Shown in pieces: positions 18,403 through 26,353 of a DNA stretch of 32,782 nucleotides. Both the position numbers and the translations under genes were made by a program. This DNA comes from a virus (lineage: Duplodnaviria > Heunggongvirae > Uroviricota > Caudoviricetes): the IMG/VR virus record IMGVR_UViG_2671180643_000012, one strand, 5' to 3'. A model generated the notes under the pieces. The model worked only from the letters and a program-made list of their open reading frames with translations. It was not told where the DNA came from and did no database searches. The first letter of the stretch is position 1. Every line of letters begins with the position of its first letter.

Positions 18403-19476
18403 TTACGCTCCCGGCTCTGCGGTCGCTTTAGCCAGTGTGGAGAAATCACCGACCTTAATTTTTTCCACCAGACAACCGGCGGCGTAGTCTTCCACCACGT
18501 AATCAATGTTCATTGATTCGTAGTTCTCCACGCGGTCGAGTTTCGGGTTTTCCTCAATCACGCGGCGATGGCTGTCATCCATGTAGTAGATGGACAGGTT
18601 TTCCAGCTTTGTGATGAGCATCGCATCCGCCGGGAAGTACGGGACGCGTACCGCCGGCAGGTTACCGATGCGTTTCTGGCTGATGATGACGTCAGCGGCC
18701 AGCATTTCGCTGTTGTCCTGCTCCTTGTTGACGATGGGAAAATACTTGTCCGCCAGTAGCTGACGTCCCACAATCACCACAAGGTCAGGGTCTTCCTGAT
18801 ACCACGGCTCAATCAGGTTGTTGGTCGCATCCATCACCAGTGCGTCAAGGCTGGCATAATCACCGCCCTTACCCACGCGGATAACCTCAGAGGTCGTGTG
18901 ACCCTCCTCGTCAGTGACCTTGCTCATCACGCGCGCCGGGGCTTCATTGCGGTATTTCTGCAGCCAGCCGACCGCCACATCCTGCAGCATCGGATTGCTG
19001 CTGCGGTCAGAGGTTTCGGCACGCTTCACGCCGTTAAAACCGGCCATGATGAAATCAAGGGACTGGCGTTTGATAATGGCGTTACGGATACGGAGCTGGA
19101 AATCCTGATAACGCGCCCACAGGTCAAGCGTTTTGTAGCGGATATAAAAATCGAAGTTAATCTGGTCGCATTCGTACTTGTTGGACGCCAGCTTCGAGAA
19201 GTCCTTCGGCTGACGCTCGGTGCCACCGGCGGTGTCGGTGGTGCTGGCGATGGAGCCGGTGACACCAATACCAATTTTTTCCCCTTTCATTTCGCTGACC
19301 GGCACAATGTTGATGCGGGTCAGAAAGTCAGAGGACTCCTGCATGGTGTTCATCAGGGTCTGGGTGACCGACGGTTCAACGGTGAATTTTTTCGACACAT
19401 CACCGGTGTCGATGCCGTTCAGTTCGGCAACACGGGACAGGTAGGCATTAAATTTAAAGCGGGTTTCCTGGCGCAT
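18403..19476 (-). CDS. N: Major capsid protein N
   Basis: 357 aa, same length and position as P2 gpN. Confidence 0.9.
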   Translation of the reverse strand: MRQETRFKFNAYLSRVAELNGIDTGDVSKKFTVEPSVTQTLMNTMQESSDFLTRINIVPVSEMKGEKIGIGVTGSIASTTDTAGGTERQPKDFSKLASNKYECDQINFDFYIRYKTLDLWARYQDFQLRIRNAIIKRQSLDFIMAGFNGVKRAETSDRSSNPMLQDVAVGWLQKYRNEAPARVMSKVTDEEGHTTSEVIRVGKGGDYASLDALVMDATNNLIEPWYQEDPDLVVIVGRQLLADKYFPIVNKEQDNSEMLAADVIISQKRIGNLPAVRVPYFPADAMLITKLENLSIYYMDDSHRRVIEENPKLDRVENYESMNIDYVVEDYAAGCLVEKIKVGDFSTLAKATAEPGA

Positions 19477-19534
19477 AGTTTTTCCTGAAATTAAGGGTTA
19501 ATCGTGAAGGTTTTCCCGGACTGACTGACGCCGG

Positions 19535-20389
19535 TCAGCAGTTCGTCATCAGGGCGTCACCGCCACCACCGGTGGCCTTGCTGCGGCGCTGCTGGGTCAG
19601 ACTTTCGGTGTGGTCGAGACTGTTTTTCAGGCGGGTGAATGCCTGGCTGGTTTCATCCGCCCTGTCAGTCACCTCCTGCTTAAGTGCGGAAAAGGCGGTT
19701 TCCATCTCAGCGAGGCGCTGCTCAGTGGCGCTCAGTTTTTCCTGCACATGTTCAGCAACAGCGGTCACCGCTTCATGCACGTCATTCAGACGGGCGTCAT
19801 CGCTGGCCTGTTTGCGGCCAAAAATGGATTTCACCTTTTCGGTCAGGGCGGTGAACACGGTTTCAGGCAGGTCTTCAAATTCCAGCTCAACGGGCGTTGC
19901 CACTGAAATCAGGTTTTCAGGGCTTAATTTGAAGCGGTTCAGGGGGTTGTGTTTTGCGGTGCGGCAGAATTCCAGGTATTCCGTGCCGAGGCTTGCCGGG
20001 TCATCGGTGACGGCCAGCCCCACCAGATAACATTTGCCGGTATTGGCAAAGTTCGGCTGAATTTCCATTGAGGTGTAGACCTTCTGCGCGGCCTTGTTCA
20101 TCGCGATAAGGTCATCGGTCGGGGTGATTTTCGCAAACAGCGCCCATTTGCCTTTCAGCGCCGAATCATCGTCAATCTTTTCGGCCTTCAGTTCGGCCAC
20201 ATCGCCATAACGCTTAAAAATACCGTCAGGCAGGATGCCGCGCAGATGTTCCAGGTTAATGCGGCAACCATAGACTCGCGGGTCAAAGGTTTCGGCCATT
20301 TCCTGAATATCCTGCGCACTGATGACACGCCCGTCACAGGTGTCACCCTCAACGCCGATACGAAAGAATTTTGAGACTTTTTTTGCCAT
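19535..20389 (-). CDS. O: Capsid scaffolding protein O
   Basis: 284-aa product starting MAKKVSKFFRIGVEGD..., P2 gpO length; track ORF trimmed to the ATG at 20387-20389. Confidence 0.85.
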   Translation of the reverse strand: MAKKVSKFFRIGVEGDTCDGRVISAQDIQEMAETFDPRVYGCRINLEHLRGILPDGIFKRYGDVAELKAEKIDDDSALKGKWALFAKITPTDDLIAMNKAAQKVYTSMEIQPNFANTGKCYLVGLAVTDDPASLGTEYLEFCRTAKHNPLNRFKLSPENLISVATPVELEFEDLPETVFTALTEKVKSIFGRKQASDDARLNDVHEAVTAVAEHVQEKLSATEQRLAEMETAFSALKQEVTDRADETSQAFTRLKNSLDHTESLTQQRRSKATGGGGDALMTNC

Positions 20390-20562
20390 TGTCAGGAGTC
20401 CTGAATAGTGATTAGAGGAGTCACATGTCGGCATCAGTTTCCCGACGATGCGCATCCTCCGCCATCAGTCCCGGATGGCTTATCACTGACACAACAGCAC
20501 CTTAGCGAATCGCGGGGCGCGACTCAGTAGCCTTGCCGTGTATTCATCACGGCGAGGTATTC
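20390..20562. promoter_or_regulatory. Divergent late-promoter region between O and P (expected Ogr-dependent promoters)
   Basis: Intergenic region between divergent late operons, as in P2; contains a partial dyad resembling the TGT-N12-ACA activator site (gtgattagaggagtcaca). Exact promoter elements not resolved. Confidence 0.4.
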
Positions 20563-22335
20563 ATGACCATCACCACAGACACCACTCTTTTACACGACCC
20601 GCGTCGTCAGGCGGCGCTGCTGTACTGGCAGGGGTTTTCCGTGCCGCAGATTGCCGCCATGTTGCAGATGAAACGCCCGACGGTGCAGAGCTGGAAACAG
20701 CGCGACGGCTGGGACAGCGTTGCCCCCATCAGCCGTGTCGAAATGAGTCTGGAAGCGCGGCTGACCCAGCTCATCATCAAACCGCAGAAAACCGGCGGTG
20801 ACTTCAAGGAAATTGACCTGCTCGGACGCCAGATTGAACGACTGGCACGGGTCAACCGCTACAGCCAGACCGGCAACGAAGCAGACCTTAATCCGAACGT
20901 CGCTAACCGCAACAAAGGCGGGCGTCGCAAACCGAAAAAGAATTTTTTCAGTGACGAGGCCATCGAAAAGCTGGAGCAGATTTTCTTTGAGCAGTCTTTC
21001 GACTATCAGTTGCACTGGTATCGCGCCGGGCTTGAGCACCGCATCCGCGATATCCTGAAATCCCGCCAGATTGGCGCGACGTTTTATTTTTCCCGCGAGG
21101 CGCTGCTGCGCGCCCTGAAAACCGGCCATAACCAGATTTTTCTGTCGGCCAGTAAAACGCAGGCGTATGTGTTCCGCGAATACATCATTGCCTTTGCCCG
21201 GCTGGTTGACGTTGACCTGACCGGTGACCCGATTGTCCTGGGCAATAACAGCGCAAAACTGATTTTTCTCGGCACCAACTCCAACACCGCACAGAGCCAT
21301 AACGGCGACCTGTACGTCGATGAGATTTTCTGGATCCCGAATTTTCAGGTACTGCGTAAGGTGGCATCAGGTATGGCCTCACAGAGTCACCTGCGCTCGA
21401 CCTATTTCTCCACCCCGTCCACGCTGGCGCACGACGCCTACCCGTTCTGGTCGGGTGAACTGTTCAACCGGGGACGCGCCAGCGCCGCCGAACGCGTGGA
21501 AATCGACATCAGTCATAACGCCCTTGCCGGAGGTCTTCTCTGTGCGGACGGCCAGTGGCGGCAGATTGTCACCATTGAGGACGCCCTGAAAGGTGGCTGC
21601 ACGCTGTTCGACATTGAGCAGCTCAAACGTGAAAACAGCGCCGACGATTTTAAAAACCTGTTCATGTGTGAATTTGTTGACGACAAGGCGTCGGTGTTCC
21701 CGTTCGAGGAGCTGCAACGCTGCATGGTCGACACGCTGGAAGAATGGGAAGACTATGCGCCGTTTGCCGCCAATCCGTTCGGCTCCCGCCCGGTATGGAT
21801 TGGTTACGACCCGTCACACCGTGGCGACAGCGCCGGATGCGTGGTGCTGGCACCGCCGGTGGTGGCCGGTGGCAAATTCAGAATACTTGAGCGTCACCAG
21901 TGGAAAGGCATGGACTTTGCCACCCAGGCTGAATCCATCCGCAAACTCACCGAAAAATACAACGTCGAATACATCGGTATTGATGCCACCGGCCTCGGTG
22001 TCGGCGTGTTCCAGCTCGTGCGCTCGTTCTATCCCGCCGCGCGCGACATCCGCTACACGCCGGAAATGAAAACCGCAATGGTGCTCAAGGCAAAAGACGT
22101 TATCCGCCGTGGCTGTCTGGAATATGACGTCAGCGCCACCGACATCACCAGCTCGTTTATGGCTATCCGCAAGACCATGACCAGCAGCGGACGCAGCGCC
22201 ACCTATGAGGCCAGCCGCAGCGAGGAAGCCAGCCACGCCGACCTCGCCTGGGCGACCATGCACGCTCTGTTAAATGAGCCACTCACCGCCGGTATCAGCA
22301 CCCCGCTGACATCCACCATTCTGGAGTTTTACTGA
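20563..22335 (+). CDS. P: Terminase large (ATPase) subunit P
   Basis: 590-aa product starting MTITTDTTLLHDPRRQAALLYWQGFSVPQIAAML..., P2 gpP length; track ORF trimmed by 10 codons. Confidence 0.9.
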   Translation: MTITTDTTLLHDPRRQAALLYWQGFSVPQIAAMLQMKRPTVQSWKQRDGWDSVAPISRVEMSLEARLTQLIIKPQKTGGDFKEIDLLGRQIERLARVNRYSQTGNEADLNPNVANRNKGGRRKPKKNFFSDEAIEKLEQIFFEQSFDYQLHWYRAGLEHRIRDILKSRQIGATFYFSREALLRALKTGHNQIFLSASKTQAYVFREYIIAFARLVDVDLTGDPIVLGNNSAKLIFLGTNSNTAQSHNGDLYVDEIFWIPNFQVLRKVASGMASQSHLRSTYFSTPSTLAHDAYPFWSGELFNRGRASAAERVEIDISHNALAGGLLCADGQWRQIVTIEDALKGGCTLFDIEQLKRENSADDFKNLFMCEFVDDKASVFPFEELQRCMVDTLEEWEDYAPFAANPFGSRPVWIGYDPSHRGDSAGCVVLAPPVVAGGKFRILERHQWKGMDFATQAESIRKLTEKYNVEYIGIDATGLGVGVFQLVRSFYPAARDIRYTPEMKTAMVLKAKDVIRRGCLEYDVSATDITSSFMAIRKTMTSSGRSATYEASRSEEASHADLAWATMHALLNEPLTAGISTPLTSTILEFY

Positions 22336-23369
22336 TGAGCAAGAAAAAAGGGAAAACACCGCAACCTGCGGCAAAAAAAATGACCGCCAGCGCCCCGAAA
22401 ATGGAGGCATTCACCTTTGGTGAGCCGGTGCCGGTACTCGACCGCCGTGACATTCTGGATTACGTCGAATGCATCAGTAACGGCAGATGGTATGAGCCAC
22501 CAATCAGCTTTACCGGTCTGGCAAAAAGCCTGCGTGCTGCCGTGCATCACAGCTCACCGATTTACGTTAAACGCAATATTCTGGCCTCGACATTTATCCC
22601 GCATCCGTGGCTTTCCCAGCAGGATTTCAGCCGCTTTGTGCTGGATTTTCTGGTGTTCGGTAATGCGTTTCTGGAAAAGCGCTACAGCACCACCGGTAAG
22701 GTCATCAGACTGGAAACCTCACCGGCAAAATATACCCGCCGTGGCGTGGAGGAGGATGTTTACTGGTGGGTGCCATCCTTCAACGAGCCGACACCTTTCG
22801 CGCCCGGCTCCGTGTTTCACCTGCTGGAGCCGGATATCAATCAGGAGCTGTACGGCCTGCCGGAATATCTCAGCGCCCTTAACTCTGCCTGGCTGAATGA
22901 GTCGGCCACGCTGTTCCGCCGCAAGTATTACGAAAACGGCGCACATGCCGGATACATCATGTACGTCACCGATGCCGTGCAGGATCGCAACGATATCGAA
23001 ATGCTTCGCGAAAACATGGTGAAGTCGAAAGGCCGCAACAACTTTAAAAACCTGTTTCTCTACGCCCCACAGGGAAAAGCCGACGGTATTAAAATTATCC
23101 CGCTCAGTGAAGTGGCAACGAAGGACGATTTTTTTAATATCAAAAAAGCCAGCGCCGCAGACCTGCTGGACGCGCACCGCATCCCTTTTCAGTTGATGGG
23201 CGGCAAGCCGGAGAACGTCGGGTCGCTGGGTGATATTGAGAAAGTGGCAAAGGTCTTTGTCCGCAATGAGCTTATCCCGTTACAGGACAGGATCCGCGAG
23301 ATAAACGGCTGGCTCGGTCAGGAGGTCATCCGCTTTAAAAACTACTCACTGGACACTGACAACGGCTGA
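22335..23369 (+). CDS. Q: Portal protein Q
   Basis: 344 aa, P2 gpQ length; start overlaps the P stop (ATGA). Confidence 0.9.
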   Translation: MSKKKGKTPQPAAKKMTASAPKMEAFTFGEPVPVLDRRDILDYVECISNGRWYEPPISFTGLAKSLRAAVHHSSPIYVKRNILASTFIPHPWLSQQDFSRFVLDFLVFGNAFLEKRYSTTGKVIRLETSPAKYTRRGVEEDVYWWVPSFNEPTPFAPGSVFHLLEPDINQELYGLPEYLSALNSAWLNESATLFRRKYYENGAHAGYIMYVTDAVQDRNDIEMLRENMVKSKGRNNFKNLFLYAPQGKADGIKIIPLSEVATKDDFFNIKKASAADLLDAHRIPFQLMGGKPENVGSLGDIEKVAKVFVRNELIPLQDRIREINGWLGQEVIRFKNYSLDTDNG

Positions 23370-23374
23370 ACATC

Positions 23375-23396
23375 GCCGCCTGCGGGCGGCTTTTTT
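23375..23396 (+). terminator. Rho-independent terminator after Q (gccgcc-tgcg-ggcggc followed by T6)
   Basis: Perfect 6-bp GC stem with a 4-nt loop followed directly by tttttt, starting about 6 nt after the Q stop codon. Confidence 0.7.
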
Positions 23397-23538
23397 ACAC
23401 CCCGTCATCACGCCCTCACACGCTCACCACCGCACAAAACAGCCCGCATACACACCAACGCCCCGGCGAACAATCTAAACGCCATCACGACGCGCTCAGA
23501 CGCTGAAAAAATAAAATCAGCACCACCGCCAGCGCGCA

Positions 23539-23557
23539 GTGCTTTCCCCGCCTCGCC
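23539..23557. other. cos site (19-nt cohesive end), reverse complement of GGCGAGGCGGGGAAAGCAC
   Basis: Sequence gtgctttccccgcctcgcc matches the P2 19-nt cohesive end as I recall it; lies about 170 bp beyond Q, where cos sits in P2. Confidence 0.8.
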
Positions 23558-23639
23558 CGCCCGCTTCATGGGGCGGTTTTAATGCAGTTGCATGAGTACG
23601 TTGAATCCTCGCTAGCTGTGACGTAAAGCAATGAGGACG

Positions 23640-23886
23640 CATAACTTTGACACATGCAAAACCATGCACCTGATACATGCATAGTTATTACTTTGTAAAA
23701 ACATAAAAAAAGGAAATCCCATGAACAAAAATCAAACTATTAATAAAAATTTTTATATCTCTTAGAACAAAAGATTTTGCTTGAACAAAGTAAACTTCTG
23801 AGGTAGATCTTTATCGTTTAGCAAAATAATTCATGTTAAACAGCTTAAATATTTATACAATATCATTGGCAATGATGAGGTTTTAA
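23640..23886 (+). promoter_or_regulatory. AT-rich leader/promoter region of the cargo gene, containing three CATGCA repeats inside an ATAACT/AGTTAT inverted-repeat frame
   Basis: Composition becomes AT-rich near 23640; a perfect TTGACA at about 23647-23652; CATGCA at about 23653, 23663 and 23676; a possible -10 tacaat at about 23856-23861; GAGG Shine-Dalgarno 6 nt upstream of the ATG at 23887. Confidence 0.35.
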
Positions 23887-26106
23887 ATGGAACTTAAATT
23901 AAAGAATATAACCAGCTATAAGAAAGATAGCTTCACGACTCTTAATCTCTCAAAAAAAATTAATATACTTTATGGTCACAACGGTTGTGGAAAATCAACC
24001 ATATCTAATTATTTCTATAATCCAAATAACACGGACTACAAAGAATGTGAATGTCCTTTCATAGATACTTTTCGCCTATTGGTTTATAATACTAAGTTTG
24101 TTGAGGATAATTTTTATAATGCAAAAGAGCAAAAAGGAGTATTCACTTTAAGTAAGGAAAATGCTGACATTGAAAAAGAATTGTTGGAAAAAGAAGCTAT
24201 AAGACAAGACCTACTTACAAAATACAAAGATAAAAAAAACGTTATTGAGCGTTTAATTAAAGATAAAAACAATAAAGAAAATGAATATATTGATTTAATA
24301 TGGAATAAAGCAGAACCTTTTAGATCATCTGACTTAAAGAACTTGATGAAAGGTCAGTTAGGAAGCAAGAGATCATTTTATGAGCAAGTTAAAAAAGCCC
24401 CTCAAACCACTGACGTTAACATCGAGTCACTTGCTCAAGAATATAGTATTCTTTTAAAGAACAAAGATAAATTCACTGCATCAATTACACCTTTAGAAAA
24501 ATATATCATTTCAGAAAAAGATAAAGAATCTTTATCCACTCCGATTATAGACTCAAGTAATAGCTATTTGTCAGAAACAATTAAACAACTTCAAAACCTT
24601 GACTGGGTGAAAAAAGGGAAGGAATTATATTTAAATGGCACATGTTGCCCATTCTGCCAAGAAGACACTATTAAAGACAAATTTTTAGAAGCAATTGAAT
24701 CTATCTTTGATGATAGCTACTCCAAGAAAGTTGACCAAATACGCATTATCAGATCGTCTTATGAATCCGCTACCATAGATAATTTAAGAAAAATAAAACA
24801 AGAGATTTCATCTTGTGAATTAATCACCTCAAAAGAAAAAGATATAACATCATCTCATATAGCGTTATTAGAGGAAATAGCAAACAAAAACTTAAAATTG
24901 ATGTTAGATAAAATCAATAACCCATCTATATCTATTATTTTGGAATCCAATAGCGACCTTGAAGCAAAGGTAGTTGATAATATAGCAGAGTACAACAATA
25001 GAATTAAAGAAATAAATATTAAAGTCAAACAATTTAAGGATAGTGAAAAGTCTATACGTTACAAAATATGGGGAGCAATAAGAGAATTATGCAACGCTGA
25101 GTTTGAAGCTTTCTCAAAATATGAGAATGACTATAAAATCATTTATGAACAATATCAACTTGAATTAAATACCATAAAAGAACAAGGAGATAACAATAGC
25201 AAAAAGATCAAAGAGCTACGCGATCAAATATCTAACATTGATGCAACCATAGATTCTATAAATCAACGTCTAAAATTATTAGGAATTTATGGTTTTAGCA
25301 TAAAAAAACACACTGAGAGCAATGATAAATATATTATATCACGTTCTGAAAACACAACAGATAAAGATGTATACAGATCTCTTAGCGAGGGTGAAAAAAC
25401 TTTAATTACCTTTCTCTACTTTCTGGAATGCTGTAAAGGTAAGACAGATAAGAATGATACGGATATGCGAGATGTATTTATCGTTATTGATGATCCAATA
25501 TCCAGCCTCTCTCAAAATTATGTGTACGATATTGCTTCAATAATTCACCATGAAATAATCAACAATAACAAAGCAGTAAAGAAAACATTAATACTCACAC
25601 ATAACCTTTATTTCTTTCATGAACTTATCAAATTAGCTCCTAGAAGCAAAGAAGATAGAACATTCAAGCGTGATTATTATCTTGGACGAGTAACAAAAAA
25701 TGAATATAGCATAATTACAGAAATAGAGAAAAAGAGCATTCAGAATGAATACCAGTCCCTATGGCAAGTATTAAAAGATGCGAAGGATGGAAGGGTAAAT
25801 AAAGTTATAATACCTAACATCATGAGAAATATACTGGAATACTACTTCGCATTTGTTCATAGAACGGATGCATTACAGACAGAGTTAAATAAACTTGCTA
25901 GCGATGATAAGAATAATGATTTTAGAGCATTTTATAGATACATTAATAGAGGTTCCCATTCAGATGCAGTTAATATCACAGACATGGGAGATATATCTCC
26001 AGAGAAATATATGGAGCAACTAAAAACCATTTTTCGTATGACTGGTGATGAAAAACATTATTTGAAAATGATGGACGAAGAGGAAGAGGAAACCGTTACC
26101 GCTTAG
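23887..26106 (+). CDS. Candidate anti-phage defence protein: ABC/SMC-type ATPase with CxxC coiled-coil insert and C-terminal putative nuclease region (PrrC/RloC-like architecture)
   Basis: 739 aa. Walker A GHNGCGKST near the N-terminus, then VFTLSKEN; K/E-rich coiled coil with central CCPFCQ; ABC-signature-like LSEGEK; Walker B VFIVIDDPISSLS; LILTHN; C-terminal about 190 aa with R-x3-E (MRNILEYY) and a His about 40 residues later (NRGSHSD). Strongly AT-rich with many ATA/AAA/AAT codons, unlike the flanking phage genes; occupies the P2 tin/old cargo position. Confidence 0.6.
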   Translation: MELKLKNITSYKKDSFTTLNLSKKINILYGHNGCGKSTISNYFYNPNNTDYKECECPFIDTFRLLVYNTKFVEDNFYNAKEQKGVFTLSKENADIEKELLEKEAIRQDLLTKYKDKKNVIERLIKDKNNKENEYIDLIWNKAEPFRSSDLKNLMKGQLGSKRSFYEQVKKAPQTTDVNIESLAQEYSILLKNKDKFTASITPLEKYIISEKDKESLSTPIIDSSNSYLSETIKQLQNLDWVKKGKELYLNGTCCPFCQEDTIKDKFLEAIESIFDDSYSKKVDQIRIIRSSYESATIDNLRKIKQEISSCELITSKEKDITSSHIALLEEIANKNLKLMLDKINNPSISIILESNSDLEAKVVDNIAEYNNRIKEINIKVKQFKDSEKSIRYKIWGAIRELCNAEFEAFSKYENDYKIIYEQYQLELNTIKEQGDNNSKKIKELRDQISNIDATIDSINQRLKLLGIYGFSIKKHTESNDKYIISRSENTTDKDVYRSLSEGEKTLITFLYFLECCKGKTDKNDTDMRDVFIVIDDPISSLSQNYVYDIASIIHHEIINNNKAVKKTLILTHNLYFFHELIKLAPRSKEDRTFKRDYYLGRVTKNEYSIITEIEKKSIQNEYQSLWQVLKDAKDGRVNKVIIPNIMRNILEYYFAFVHRTDALQTELNKLASDDKNNDFRAFYRYINRGSHSDAVNITDMGDISPEKYMEQLKTIFRMTGDEKHYLKMMDEEEEETVTA

Positions 26107-26353
26107 GCCGCATATCATCGGGTTGGGTAAGAACGACGGTGTTCACACACCGTCTCCCACTTACCGAAACGATAGCGATTGTACTGACGTACTTTCACTA
26201 ACTTTAACATGAGATTATCTCCATGCCAGCACTATTGTTGCCAATAGCAGCCTTTACACCCTTTGTATAAAGCTAATACCAAGAGCAATGCAAGGATACC
26301 CCAAGCGGTAACTGGCGTGGATTCTAGAGCAGCCTAACTAAAAAATCAAAGCA

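Noticed and set aside
17653-19488. Plus-strand ORFs of 199 and 196 aa antisense to M and N
   Set aside because: Shadow ORFs opposite the terminase small subunit and major capsid genes.
20590-21300. 236-aa minus-strand ORF inside terminase gene P
   Set aside because: Antisense shadow ORF of a well-supported gene; no start context and no recognisable motifs.
23721-23765. 14-codon mini-ORF (MNKNQTINKNFYIS) in the leader of the cargo gene
   Set aside because: Too short, with no recognisable ribosome-binding site; probably chance in AT-rich DNA, though a leader peptide cannot be excluded.
26136-26153. Hairpin acggtgt-tcac-acaccgt after the cargo gene as its terminator
   Set aside because: No T-run follows on either strand, so it is not a convincing intrinsic terminator; the 3' end of the cargo transcript is unresolved.
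26107-26353. A second hidden gene partnering the cargo gene in the spacer before A
   Set aside because: No ORF of 60 aa or more on either strand, and no convincing start or ribosome-binding site for a shorter one; treated as non-coding spacer.
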